Assembly: GCA_964449895.1 (NCBI GenBank)
Contig: CAYVBY010000002.1
Location: forward strand, 41,119 to 105,118
Length of the DNA stretch: 64,000 bases
From: an uncultured Clostridium sp.
GTDB lineage: Bacteria > Bacillota > Clostridia > Peptostreptococcales > Peptostreptococcaceae
Reading direction: 5' to 3'
In this document: positions 47,589-58,133 of the stretch, in pieces
How positions within the stretch are numbered: position 1 is the first letter of the stretch
How the letters are laid out: each line of letters opens with the position of its first letter
Program-made: the position numbers and the translations under genes
Notes under the pieces: model-generated
Seen by the model: the letters and a program-made list of their open reading frames with translations, nothing else
The model's database searches: none
Told to the model about the DNA's origin: nothing

Positions 47589-48887
47589 TTATTTGATATC
47601 TTCAATAGGTTCTACAATTGATAAAACACAATTATCTTCCCTAAAATGTTCTTGTAATCTTTTTTCAACTTCTTCAAATGTCACTTCTTTTATTACATTT
47701 ACATAATCTAATAAATTTATATCTTTAAATTTGTAAAAAATAAAGTTATTTGCTATGAAAGTTATAGAATCAAAATATTTGATAAAGTTACCAATTGAAG
47801 CTTTTTTAATTCTTTCAAATATAGTTTTATCTAATCCTTCTTTTTTGTACTTGTCTAAATACTCAAATATAATCTTTTGGACTTCTCTAGGGTTTTTAGA
47901 TTCACCACTAATTGATGTATAGGCATAATCTACTTGTGATGTAAATCCTCCACCAAAGCTTCTATTTATTAATCCCTTCATATATAAATCTTCGTATAAT
48001 TCACTTCCACGTCTAAATAGCATCTCATTTAAAATATCAGTTATGGCTTCATATCTAAGAAGTTCTTTTCCACTTATATTTACTTTATCGTCTTTGAATC
48101 CTATAGAAAATATTGGTATAGAAATTGGAGCCTTAGCTATTATTTCCTTTTGTTTTATTTCCTTTGGTTCTTTTGGATATATTCTAGTAACACTATGATC
48201 CATTTTTTTCATGTCGTATTTATTATATTCTTTAACTTTTTCAAATAATTCTTCAACTTCTAAATCACCTATTACAAACAGAGCCATATTTCCTGGGTTA
48301 TAAAATGTATTGTAACATTTATAAAGTTCTTCTTTAGTTATTTTATATACACTATCTACAGTTCCAGCTATATCTACTCTTACAGGATGGTTTTGATACA
48401 TTGCTTTTATTGCATTAAATGAAACTGTCCATCCTGGATCATCATCATACATTTTTATTTCCTGAGCTATTATTCCTTTTTCCTTTTCCACATTTTCATC
48501 TGTAAAATATGGAGTTTGAACATAATCAATTAGATGTTCTAAACACTCATAAAAATTATCTGTTGTTGTAAATAAATAAGCTGTCGTTGTAAAATTGGTA
48601 AATGCATTTGCATCTGCACCCCATTTTGAAAATTTTTCAAAGGCATCTGTTTTATCTGGCTGTTCAAACATTTTATGCTCTAAAAAATGAGCTATTCCTT
48701 CGTTTACTTTTATTGGTTCTTTTTCTCCAATTGGAATAAATTCTAAATCATTTGAACCATAATCAGTTGCAAGCACTGCATACTTTTTAGTAAAACCCTT
48801 TTTAGGCATAAAATAAACATCTAGTCCATTTTCTAATTTATCATAATAAACTTCTTCTTTTAATAATTCATTGACTATTTTTTCCAT
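47589..48887 (-). CDS. M16 peptidase, active subunit (YmfH-like)
   Basis: GIAHFLEHKMF (HxxEH), NAFTNF, EKEKGIIAQEI. Confidence 0.9.
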   Translation of the reverse strand: MEKIVNELLKEEVYYDKLENGLDVYFMPKKGFTKKYAVLATDYGSNDLEFIPIGEKEPIKVNEGIAHFLEHKMFEQPDKTDAFEKFSKWGADANAFTNFTTTAYLFTTTDNFYECLEHLIDYVQTPYFTDENVEKEKGIIAQEIKMYDDDPGWTVSFNAIKAMYQNHPVRVDIAGTVDSVYKITKEELYKCYNTFYNPGNMALFVIGDLEVEELFEKVKEYNKYDMKKMDHSVTRIYPKEPKEIKQKEIIAKAPISIPIFSIGFKDDKVNISGKELLRYEAITDILNEMLFRRGSELYEDLYMKGLINRSFGGGFTSQVDYAYTSISGESKNPREVQKIIFEYLDKYKKEGLDKTIFERIKKASIGNFIKYFDSITFIANNFIFYKFKDINLLDYVNVIKEVTFEEVEKRLQEHFREDNCVLSIVEPIEDIK

Positions 48888-48897
48888 TTATGTCCTC

Positions 48898-50160
48898 CTA
48901 TTTACTTAAAAAGTATATAGTATCTAATTCTATATTTTGCACAGAGTTTACTATATCTTCTTTTGTAGATTCTATTATAGTATTTTTTATATCTTCTAAA
49001 GTATTTTTGCTATTTCCAATAAATTGTGAATAATAAAAGTTAGTAATTCTTCCTATATCATCATTCATTGAATTTAATGAATTGATAAAAGATATTTTCG
49101 CATTTGAAATTTCCTTTTCTGTTATATCTCCATCTTTTATCTTTTTAAGCTGTTCTTTTATAAGTTGTACTGTTTTATTGTAATTTTCAGCTTCTATTCC
49201 TGAACATATAAGCATTGTTGATTTTTGTTTTTCTATTGTTGAATAAATAGTATAACAAAGACTTTCTTTTTCTCTTACATTTATAAATAATTTACTATCA
49301 GCTCCTCCACCTAATATTCTGCATGCTAAAAGTAAACTATAGTATTTTTTTGTGTCTAAAAAATCAACATTACATCTATATCCCATAACAAGTTTTCCTT
49401 GAGCTATATCCATAGTCTCATGTACTTCCTTTACTTTTTTGATGTCTTTGTAATAGCTTTCTTTTGGAATGTCTATTATATCTTCTCTTTCAAAATTAAA
49501 ATTCCTTTTTATTATGTCTACTACTTCACCTTCATCAAATCCACCTTCTACAATTATTTCTATAGGTGATGTCTTTAATATATGTTTGTAATGATTATAT
49601 AAATCTATTCTATTTATAGAATCTAAATCCTCAATATATCCCCTTCCACTTATAGCATAAGGCTCGTCTTCAAACATAATTTGAGTTAGTCTTTTTAGTG
49701 AATATCTAGCCTTATCATTTATTATACCTTCTATAGAATCTTTTAGTATTTCTTTTTCTATACTTAAATATTCTTCACTAAATCCACCATCTATAACTAA
49801 AGGATTGTTTATTACTTCATTTAAAAGTTTTACACATTCTTCAAATATTTTTTCATCTATATACTTTTCATTTATTCCAAGTATATTAAAGGCTAGAACT
49901 TGGCTTTCTCCTTTTTTTGATATTCCTGCTCCTATATAAGCTCCATATAAATTTTCTTGTTTATCCGTCAATTGACCTAGCGTTTTGTATTTTTCACAGC
50001 CACTTTTTAGAAGTCCTGGAAGTAGAGCATTTTTTGTCACTTCATTTCTGTCTAAATTTCTTTGTATAAATACACTCACTAAATTTGTCTTAAATTTACT
50101 TTCTGGAATTAATGTTAAATTTACATTTTTCGCTATTTCTACTCTTTTTAAATTTTTCAT
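48898..50160 (-). CDS. M16 peptidase-like partner (YmfF-like, no HxxEH seen)
   Basis: SKLFINVREKESLCYTI, QGKLVMGY; tandem with the YmfH-like gene. Confidence 0.85.
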   Translation of the reverse strand: MKNLKRVEIAKNVNLTLIPESKFKTNLVSVFIQRNLDRNEVTKNALLPGLLKSGCEKYKTLGQLTDKQENLYGAYIGAGISKKGESQVLAFNILGINEKYIDEKIFEECVKLLNEVINNPLVIDGGFSEEYLSIEKEILKDSIEGIINDKARYSLKRLTQIMFEDEPYAISGRGYIEDLDSINRIDLYNHYKHILKTSPIEIIVEGGFDEGEVVDIIKRNFNFEREDIIDIPKESYYKDIKKVKEVHETMDIAQGKLVMGYRCNVDFLDTKKYYSLLLACRILGGGADSKLFINVREKESLCYTIYSTIEKQKSTMLICSGIEAENYNKTVQLIKEQLKKIKDGDITEKEISNAKISFINSLNSMNDDIGRITNFYYSQFIGNSKNTLEDIKNTIIESTKEDIVNSVQNIELDTIYFLSK

Positions 50161-50387
50161 TTAATAGCTCCTTTTCCTATATTTACTGTTCTATATAATA
50201 ATACCCTATCTTTATCGGATTTGCTAATTAATTTCATAATTCTTTATTATTATAGCTTTATTTTTATCATTATATACATTATCCTAATTGTTTACATATC
50301 TTAGGTTTTTGATGTATAATAAATGGGTATGCTTAAAATTTGTAAACTTAGAAATAATTAAATTAACATAAAGAGAGGTAGATTATA

Positions 50388-51485
50388 ATGAAATTAGGAA
50401 TAGTAGGTTTACCAAATGTAGGTAAAAGTACATTATTTAATGCAATAACTCAAGCTGGTGCAGAATCTGCAAACTATCCATTCTGTACAATAGAACCAAA
50501 TGTAGGTGTTGTTGCAGTACCAGATGAAAGATTAAACGTATTACAAAAATTACACAATGCAAAAAAAATAGTTCCAACTGCTATAGAATTCTGCGATATA
50601 GCAGGACTTGTTAGAGGAGCTTCAAAAGGTGAAGGTTTAGGAAATAAATTCTTATCTCACATAAGAGAAGTTGATGCAATCGTTCATGTTGTTAGATGTT
50701 TTGAAGATTCAAATGTTGTTCACGTTGACGGTTCAGTTGATCCACTTAGAGATATAGAAACTATAAACCTAGAATTAATATTATCTGATATGGAAATATT
50801 AGAAAGAAGAATAGTTAAAACTACTAAAGCTTTAAAAGCAGATAAATCGCTTGCTTCTGAATTAGAATTTTTACAATCTATAGCTAAAACTTTAGAAGAA
50901 AGTAAATGTGTAAGAACTATGGAATTTACAGAAGAAGAACAAGAATTTGTAAATACTTTAAACTTATTAACTTCTAAACCTGTTATATATGCTGCTAATG
51001 TTTCTGAAGATGACTTAGCTGATGAAGGTACTTCTAATGAATACGTAGCTAGAGTTAAAGAATTTGCTAAAACTGAAAATGCTGAAGTTGTAGTTGTTTG
51101 CGCTCAAATAGAAGCTGAAATATCTGAACTTGAATCAGAAGAAGAAAAACAAGAATTCTTAGAAACTCTTGGTCTTGAACAATCAGGTCTAGATAAATTA
51201 ATAAAATCTTCTTATACTCTATTAGGACTTATGTCTTTCTTAACTGCTGGTGAAATAGAAGTAAGAGCTTGGACTATAAAAATAGGAACAAAAGCTCCTC
51301 AAGCTGCTGGTAAAATACACAGTGATATAGAAAGAGGATTCATAAGAGCTGAAATAGTAAACTACGATGATTTAGTAGAATGCGGAAGTGTTGCAAATGC
51401 TAGAGAAAAAGGTCTTGTAAGACTTGAAGGTAAAGACTATATAATGCAAAACGGAGATGTAGTTAACTTTAGATTTAATGTATAA
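50388..51485 (+). CDS. ychF: Redox-regulated ATPase YchF
   Basis: GIVGLPNVGKSTLFNA, NYPFCTIEPN, DIAGLV, GKIHSDIERGFIRAE. Confidence 0.97.
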   Translation: MKLGIVGLPNVGKSTLFNAITQAGAESANYPFCTIEPNVGVVAVPDERLNVLQKLHNAKKIVPTAIEFCDIAGLVRGASKGEGLGNKFLSHIREVDAIVHVVRCFEDSNVVHVDGSVDPLRDIETINLELILSDMEILERRIVKTTKALKADKSLASELEFLQSIAKTLEESKCVRTMEFTEEEQEFVNTLNLLTSKPVIYAANVSEDDLADEGTSNEYVARVKEFAKTENAEVVVVCAQIEAEISELESEEEKQEFLETLGLEQSGLDKLIKSSYTLLGLMSFLTAGEIEVRAWTIKIGTKAPQAAGKIHSDIERGFIRAEIVNYDDLVECGSVANAREKGLVRLEGKDYIMQNGDVVNFRFNV

Positions 51486-51535
51486 AAATCATATATCGAT
51501 TTTTTTAAAGTTTAATATTAATTGTATATTCAGTT

Positions 51536-51579
51536 AAAAAAAAGCTTGTAAAATAGATTTTCTATTTTACAAGCTTTTT
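51536..51579. terminator. Bidirectional terminator between ychF and the Na/Pi cotransporter gene
   Basis: aaaaagcttgtaaaatag / ctattttacaagcttttt. Confidence 0.8.
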
Positions 51580-51684
51580 AATTTACAAAAGTTATAAAAT
51601 TAATTCAATGATATTATAATGTATATCAATTATTATGTCAAAAAACCTCCTCAATACTAATGAGGAGGTTTATATTAATCTTTT

Positions 51685-53292
51685 TTATGCATCATAAGAA
51701 TAATCTGATATATTTACTGCGTGGTCTGATACTCTTTCTAAGTTAGTTAATAAGTCTAGATATAAAATTCCTGCATCAACTGTACATCTACCTTCATTTA
51801 ATCTTTGTAGATGGTGATTTCTATATCCAGATTCTAATAAGTTTACTTGTTTTTCATTTTCGTGAACTCTATTTCTAGATTCTAAGTTAACTTCATCTAA
51901 ACATTCCATTGAATCTTTAAAATTCTTTAATGCCAAATCAAAAATTTCTTTAATTTCTTGTTTAGCATGATCAGAGAAAGATAAATTTTCACTTATTAAA
52001 GCAGTACCAAGTTCAGCTATATTTTCACCATGGTCTGATATTCTTTCTATATCGTTAACTGCACATATTAAATTAGTGATTTTTTTATGTTCAGCTTCAT
52101 TTAAAGACTCTTTTGATAACTTAATTAAGAAATTTAAAACTTCTCTTTGCATTTCATTTACTTTTTTCTCTGTTTCAAAAGTTTTATTTATATCATCTTG
52201 AGAATAACTAAGTGTTCCATTTACAGAATACTCTAAAGATTTAACTGCATTTTGAGCCATTTCTTTAACTTCTAAAACAGCATTACTTAATGCTATACCA
52301 GGTGTTTCTAACATTCTGTCGTCTATGTATTTTACTGTAGATTCATTTTCTTTTTCCTCTTCAGTAACTGGTATTAATTTTAAAACTAGTTTAACTATAT
52401 ATTTTGAAAATGGTAAAAGCACTATAACATTTACAACATTAAATAATGTATGTGCATTTGCTATTTGTCTAGCTACATTTGTTGGATCTATATAAGTTAC
52501 TAACATACTTATAGGTTTTGTGAATATAAATATAAATAAGATTGTACCTATTACATTAAAAGTTAAATGCATAAATGCTGCTCTTTTTGCATTTTTAGAT
52601 GCACCTAAACTTGATATTAAAGAAGTAACACAAGTACCTATATTATCACCATATAATATCGGTAATGCTGCACTTAATGGTAATATACCTTGTGATGCTA
52701 AAGCTATTAACATACCCATAGATGCACTTGATGATTGAACTATACCTGTAATTAAAAATCCTGCAAGTATACCTAATAATGGGTTATTTCCAACAAATAT
52801 AAGAGCATCTCTAAATTGTGGTAATTCAGCTAATGGATTTACTGCTTCTTTCATAAACTCCATTCCTGTAAATAACATACCAAAGCCTAATAATATTTCT
52901 GCATAACATTTTGTCTTTTGATTTCTTGCTGCTAAATATATAATTATCCCTAAACCTAATGCTATAGGAGCTATTTGCTCTAAATTAAATGACACTAATT
53001 GGGCAGTAACTGTTGTACCTATATTCGCCCCCATAATTAAACCTATCGCTTGAGATAGTGACATTAATCCTGCATTAACAAAACCAACTACCATTACTGT
53101 TGTAGCACTTGAACTTTGTATAATACCTGTTACTACAGTCCCTACTAAAACTCCCATTATTACATTACTAGTTAAAAATTCTATTATTTTCTTTAATTTT
53201 TCACCTGCACATTTTTGAAGTCCATCACCCATTATGTTCATACCATATAAGAACAGTCCAAGACCTCCAAGTAAACTAATTGCTATTGCCAC
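51685..53292 (-). CDS. Na/Pi cotransporter (NptA type) with C-terminal PhoU-like domains
   Basis: Repeated QSSS motifs, GANIGTT, GDNIGT, DIERISDH / NLERVSDH; GTG start. Confidence 0.9.
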   Translation of the reverse strand: MAIAISLLGGLGLFLYGMNIMGDGLQKCAGEKLKKIIEFLTSNVIMGVLVGTVVTGIIQSSSATTVMVVGFVNAGLMSLSQAIGLIMGANIGTTVTAQLVSFNLEQIAPIALGLGIIIYLAARNQKTKCYAEILLGFGMLFTGMEFMKEAVNPLAELPQFRDALIFVGNNPLLGILAGFLITGIVQSSSASMGMLIALASQGILPLSAALPILYGDNIGTCVTSLISSLGASKNAKRAAFMHLTFNVIGTILFIFIFTKPISMLVTYIDPTNVARQIANAHTLFNVVNVIVLLPFSKYIVKLVLKLIPVTEEEKENESTVKYIDDRMLETPGIALSNAVLEVKEMAQNAVKSLEYSVNGTLSYSQDDINKTFETEKKVNEMQREVLNFLIKLSKESLNEAEHKKITNLICAVNDIERISDHGENIAELGTALISENLSFSDHAKQEIKEIFDLALKNFKDSMECLDEVNLESRNRVHENEKQVNLLESGYRNHHLQRLNEGRCTVDAGILYLDLLTNLERVSDHAVNISDYSYDA

Positions 53293-53363
53293 GTTTTATT
53301 TCCTCCTTAAAATATAAATAATATTCAATCCTTATATATAATAACCTAAAAAATCATTTCTTT

Positions 53364-53402
53364 TGCTAAACGAAAGTTAAGTTAATGTTAAGATTTCGTT
53401 AA
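53364..53402 (-). promoter_or_regulatory. Pho-box-like tandem repeat
   Basis: TTAACG, TTAACA, TTAACT, TTAGCA at an exact 11-nt period, 72-110 nt upstream of the Na/Pi start. Confidence 0.65.
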
Positions 53403-53491
53403 GCTGTTTTATATATATAATTTATATTTATTTAAAATTTTAGGATTCTAATTTAAATACTTTTATATCAAATATATTGTCTTTTATTATA

Positions 53492-55471
53492 TTAATTTTC
53501 TTTAATTAATCCTTTTTTGTAGGCTAAGACTAACATTTTTAAATCATCTATTTCACCTTGTATTTTTTCACCTTCTAAAGTATCTCTTACATACATTCTT
53601 CTAGCTATATCTTCCACTACTACAGATGTAGATAATATATCACTTTCTTTTTTGATAGCATCTTCTGCTGAGCTAAATGGTTCGTGTGCAACAAGTTGAA
53701 GAGTATATGAGTTATATATTAAAGTATACCCTGCTATACCAGTTTTTCCTTGATAAGCTCTAGAAAAACCTCCATCTATAACTAGTATTTTTCCACCTGC
53801 TTTTATAGGACTTTCTCCTTTTTTGCTCTCTACAGGAACATGTCCTGTTATAATATGTGATTGATCATAATCAAGCCCAAATTCATTGAAAATTTTATTA
53901 CATACTTCTTCATTTTCTCTAAGTGTGTAATATGGATTTTTATTTTCTACATGAGTCTTCTTATCTGCTATAAAATATCTTTCATAAGTAGTCATATCGT
54001 CTTTTCCAAATAATGAAGAACATTTTCCTGTCCATAAATACCACATCATATCCATACCAAATTGTTTTTCTTGACCATCTTTATAGAAAAATCCTTTTCT
54101 AGCATAAGAATCCATTTGATCCATAAGCTCACGACCGCAGAATTCTTGACCTTTAATTTTCATTTTCATAAATTCGCCTTTTTCATCTAGAGGTATACAT
54201 CCATGAACTAATAAATTCTTATTATCTACTAAATATATACTTCCCTTAGAGAATAAAAAAGAAACATGTTTTTGTAATTTTTCACTGCCTTTAAAAGAAG
54301 CTACTAATTTTTCTACAAGTTCTTTTTCCTCTTTAGTCAATTTATATGGTGATTTTGGATCTATAGTTGGAAAACTTGTATCTTTTAATTTATAAACTTT
54401 TCCCTTTAATTCTATAGTACCTTCTTCATAATTTACCTTATCTAAAAGAAGTCTATGTTTCATATCAAATTCTGGATTTTTATTTATTACCTCTGCTTCT
54501 AATTTAAATTGTATAATACTAATTGCTTTATGCATTTTTGCTATAAGTGATTTTTCTTTTATTGAAACTTCACCTTCACCTACTTTAGGCATAAATTCAT
54601 TGCATAAATCATCTTTGTAAGCATCAAGGGCAAAAGTAGCTAAAGGAAGTAAATTTATTCCATATATATCTTCTAATATATCTAAATTTCCATATCTAGC
54701 AGATATTCTTATTGCATTTGCTATACATACCTTTTGTCCTGCTGCTGCTCCCATCCATAATATATCATGGTTACCCCATTGTATATCTACATTATAGTGA
54801 TTCATAAGTGTATCCATTATAATATCAGGTCTTGGCCCTCTATCATAAACATCACCTACAATATGTAATCTATCAACAACTAATTGTTGAATAACTTTTG
54901 ATAGAGCTATTATAAATTCTCTTGATCTATCAATTTCTATAATAGTTTCTATTATTTTCTTATAGTAACCTTCTTTATGATGACTATTTTCATCTGGATG
55001 TAATAATTCTTCTATTATGTATTTAAAATCTGCAGGAAGAAATTTTCTAACTTTAGATCTTGTATATTTACTAGCTGCATATCTACAAAGCTCTATAAGT
55101 CTATGAATCGTTATTCTATAAAAATCTTCTAAATCTTCTTCTTCTTTTACAAGCAAATCTAACTTTTGCTCTGGATAATAAACTATTGTAGCTAATTTTT
55201 TTCTTTCTGATTCAGATACTATATTCCCAAATAATTCCTCAATTTTTCTTTTTATAACTCCAGAACCATTTTTTAAAACATGTACAAATGGCTCGTATTC
55301 TCCATGTAAATCTGATAAAAAGTGTTCTGTACCTTTTGGAAGGCTAAGAACAGCTTCTAAATTTATTATTTCTGCACTGGCACTTGAAATACTTGGAAAT
55401 TGCTTTGATAATAAATTTAAATATTTAAGTTGATTTTCTAATTGCTCATCAGATATGTTTTTTATATTCAT
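53492..55471 (-). CDS. fbp: Fructose-1,6-bisphosphatase class III (Firmicutes type)
   Basis: [43 protein letters not shown]. Confidence 0.93.
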   Translation of the reverse strand: MNIKNISDEQLENQLKYLNLLSKQFPSISSASAEIINLEAVLSLPKGTEHFLSDLHGEYEPFVHVLKNGSGVIKRKIEELFGNIVSESERKKLATIVYYPEQKLDLLVKEEEDLEDFYRITIHRLIELCRYAASKYTRSKVRKFLPADFKYIIEELLHPDENSHHKEGYYKKIIETIIEIDRSREFIIALSKVIQQLVVDRLHIVGDVYDRGPRPDIIMDTLMNHYNVDIQWGNHDILWMGAAAGQKVCIANAIRISARYGNLDILEDIYGINLLPLATFALDAYKDDLCNEFMPKVGEGEVSIKEKSLIAKMHKAISIIQFKLEAEVINKNPEFDMKHRLLLDKVNYEEGTIELKGKVYKLKDTSFPTIDPKSPYKLTKEEKELVEKLVASFKGSEKLQKHVSFLFSKGSIYLVDNKNLLVHGCIPLDEKGEFMKMKIKGQEFCGRELMDQMDSYARKGFFYKDGQEKQFGMDMMWYLWTGKCSSLFGKDDMTTYERYFIADKKTHVENKNPYYTLRENEEVCNKIFNEFGLDYDQSHIITGHVPVESKKGESPIKAGGKILVIDGGFSRAYQGKTGIAGYTLIYNSYTLQLVAHEPFSSAEDAIKKESDILSTSVVVEDIARRMYVRDTLEGEKIQGEIDDLKMLVLAYKKGLIKEN

Positions 55472-55822
55472 ATTAAAAATCCTCCTGATATTTTTTAATT
55501 TAATCTAGCCCTTCATATTGTAAAACTTTTCTACATAAATTATATCATACTCTTTATGTTTTTTTATTTTAATAATGTGTATTTTTTATCATTTATGATA
55601 TATTACTTATTTTTTTAGCTATTATTTTGATCTTTTTTATAAGAAAATAAATCCTTTTAATTTCAATTTATTTTCTTATAAAAAAAAACTTATTCGCATT
55701 GCATTCTATGTTTTTTTAATATACAATATATTTATAAGAATATTTCAAATTTTTAGATAATTTAGCATTCCCTATAATTTTAAATATATAATTAAACATT
55801 GTAATTAACATTGTTCATACGA

Positions 55823-55870
55823 AATAGCCATAAGTTATAGATCCCCTTCTAATATCCTTATGGCTATTTT
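55823..55870 (-). terminator. Terminator after the aminopeptidase P gene
   Basis: aaatagccataag / cttatggctattt. Confidence 0.65.
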
Positions 55871-55891
55871 GTTGAATTTTTTATTTAGTTA

Positions 55892-57682
55892 TTATATAGC
55901 TCTTGTATATTCTTTTAACCATTCTACTTCTTCAGCTTCTAAATAAGGTGATATTTTTTCAAAAACTTCTTTATGATAATTGTTTAAAAACTCTATTTCT
56001 GATTTTTCCATGTATTCTGGTTTTACTGCATCTAAATCAATAGGTGCAAAAGTTATAGTTTCAAATTCCATAAATTGATCTGAACCTATTTTTGCTCCTT
56101 TTTTGCATAAAGATTCATTTTCTATTCTTATACCATGTTGTCCTTCTATATATACACCTGGCTCTATAGTAGTTATCATGCCTTCTTCTAAAACTTCAGA
56201 ATCAGTTCTTTCAGGTACTATTTTCCATCTAAATCCATTTGGACCCTCATGAACATTTAATACAAATCCTATACCATGACCTGTACCACATTTGTAGTCT
56301 ATTCCCATATCCCATAGTGGACCTCTAGCTAATATATCTAAGTTTATTCCTCTACATCCATATAAGAATTTAGCTTTAGATAATCTTATTAATCCTCTAA
56401 GTACTGCTGTATAATGCATTTTTATTTCTTCACTTACAGGTCCTAATATAAATGTTCTAGTTATATCTGTAGTTCCTGTAAAGTATTGACCACCAGAGTC
56501 TACAAGTAGCATACCTTCTGGTTTTAATTCATAATCACTTTCTTCAGTTGCACTGTAGTGCATCATAGCAGCATGCTCTTTGTATGCTGATATAGTATTA
56601 AAACTTAAATCAAAACAAGACTCATCACTTCTTCTAAGTTTTTCCAATTTATCAGAAGCACTTATTTCTGTTATTTTTATTTTACCTATATTAGTTTTTA
56701 ACCAATACATAAATTTAGTCATAGCAACACCATCTTTTATATGGCATTGTCTTATGTTGTCTAATTCAATTTTATTTTTAACTGCTTTAAATTCAAAACT
56801 AGGATTTGATGTATTTATTACTTCTACTTCTGAAGGTATATTTTTATATATACTATAATTCACTTTATTTTCATCTAATAAAACTTTTTCATCAGTATTT
56901 ATTTCTTTTATGAAGCTATATAATTCAAAGTAATCTTTTATTTCTATTCCTATTTCAGCAAATAATGCTTTTATTTCATCATTTAATTTATTTTCATTTA
57001 TAAAATAATATACTTTATCTAAAGTTACTACTAAACTAGATAAAACTACAGGATTGTTTTCTATATCATTACCTCTTATGTTAAGTAACCAAGCTATATC
57101 ATCTAAAGAGTTCAATATATGCATTGTAGCATTTTTTTGTTTCATAACTTCTCTTACTCTAGCTAATTTATCACTTGCACTTTCTCCTGTATATTTAATA
57201 TCTAATAAGAATGCTTTTTCATCAACAATTTTTGGTCTATTTTCCCAAAGTTCATCTATTAAATCATATTCATAAACTATTTTAACATTTTTTTCAGTGT
57301 AGTTATTTTCATAACCTTGACCTTCTTTAGCACTTATAACTCTTCCATCAAAAGCTAAAGTATCTCCATCTTTTAAAACAGTGTTTAAATATTCATCAAC
57401 AGTTAAAACACCTTCTTCTCCCATTTTAAATAAATTTATTGTAGAACCTTTTAATTGTTCTTCTGCTTGTATAAAATATCTTCCATCAGTCCAAAGTCCA
57501 GCTTCATCTAAAGTTACAACTACTGTACCTGCAGATCCTGTAAATCCAGATATAAATTGTCTACATTTAAAATATTCTCCTACATACTCACTTTGATGAA
57601 AATCTGAAGAAGGTATTACATAAGCAAAAAAGCCCTTAGATTTCATTAATTCTCTCAATTTACTTAATCTTGTCTTTATCAT
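55892..57682 (-). CDS. Aminopeptidase P family (M24, creatinase-like N-terminal domains)
   Basis: HQSEY, WTDGRYF, DSGGQY..GTTDITRT, HGTGHGIG-like CGTGHGIG, VHEGP, EPG, GIRIEN. Confidence 0.9.
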   Translation of the reverse strand: MIKTRLSKLRELMKSKGFFAYVIPSSDFHQSEYVGEYFKCRQFISGFTGSAGTVVVTLDEAGLWTDGRYFIQAEEQLKGSTINLFKMGEEGVLTVDEYLNTVLKDGDTLAFDGRVISAKEGQGYENNYTEKNVKIVYEYDLIDELWENRPKIVDEKAFLLDIKYTGESASDKLARVREVMKQKNATMHILNSLDDIAWLLNIRGNDIENNPVVLSSLVVTLDKVYYFINENKLNDEIKALFAEIGIEIKDYFELYSFIKEINTDEKVLLDENKVNYSIYKNIPSEVEVINTSNPSFEFKAVKNKIELDNIRQCHIKDGVAMTKFMYWLKTNIGKIKITEISASDKLEKLRRSDESCFDLSFNTISAYKEHAAMMHYSATEESDYELKPEGMLLVDSGGQYFTGTTDITRTFILGPVSEEIKMHYTAVLRGLIRLSKAKFLYGCRGINLDILARGPLWDMGIDYKCGTGHGIGFVLNVHEGPNGFRWKIVPERTDSEVLEEGMITTIEPGVYIEGQHGIRIENESLCKKGAKIGSDQFMEFETITFAPIDLDAVKPEYMEKSEIEFLNNYHKEVFEKISPYLEAEEVEWLKEYTRAI

Positions 57683-57701
57683 TTTTGTTCCCCTTTGCTG
57701 T

Positions 57702-57738
57702 ATTTTTAAACGAATATAATTTCCTATATTTTATAAAA
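57702..57738. repeat. Dispersed intergenic repeat, copy 3
   Basis: atttttaaacgaatataatttcctatattttataaaa; 33/37 identical to copies 1 and 2. Confidence 0.75.
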
Positions 57739-57842
57739 ATATAATATCATTTTTTTAAATTTTTGTAATTAAGATTAGTATATCCAATGTAAAAATCAAT
57801 TAATTTATATAATCAATAATTCTTTTTAAAAAAATTCAAATA

Positions 57843-57885
57843 AAAAACTCTAGCCAAAACGGGGAATTTGAACTAGAGTTTTTTT
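57843..57885 (-). terminator. Terminator after the feo operon
   Basis: aaaaaactctag / ctagagtttttt. Confidence 0.7.
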
Positions 57886-57949
57886 AATCAATAAATTATT
57901 GATTAATTGCTATGCTTAATTTATTAGTAGTCTATGATTATTTTTTATT

Positions 57950-58111
57950 TTACTTATTTTCTATTTTGCTTGAAGGACAAGCATCTTGTGATGAACAGCT
58001 ACTGCAACCACAGCCACAACCACTTTTTCCTTCTTTTGATTTTTTAATAAAATTGCCAAGTGTGGCTACTACTATTAAAATAGCTACTACTGCAATTATA
58101 TAATTAATCAT
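57950..58111 (-). CDS. FeoB-associated Cys-rich membrane protein (53 aa)
   Basis: Not in ORF track. Manual translation MINYIIAVVAILIVVATLGNFIKKSKEGKSGCGCGCSSCSSQDACPSSKIENK; RBS AGGAG; follows feoB. Confidence 0.88.
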   Translation of the reverse strand: MINYIIAVVAILIVVATLGNFIKKSKEGKSGCGCGCSSCSSQDACPSSKIENK

Positions 58112-58133
58112 TATTTTTTCATCTCCTAATTAT

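Noticed and set aside
55519-55535. CcpA cre site upstream of fbp (TGTAAAACTTTTCTACA)
   Set aside because: At least three mismatches to the cre consensus in very AT-rich DNA; plausible but not supportable
13281-57738. 37-nt repeat interpreted as CRISPR repeats
   Set aside because: Copies are single and tens of kb apart, with no spacer periodicity and no cas genes
57912-58103. Plus-strand 63-aa ORF in the track
   Set aside because: Antisense shadow of the real minus-strand FeoB-associated Cys-rich gene (57950-58111), which has an RBS and fits the operon
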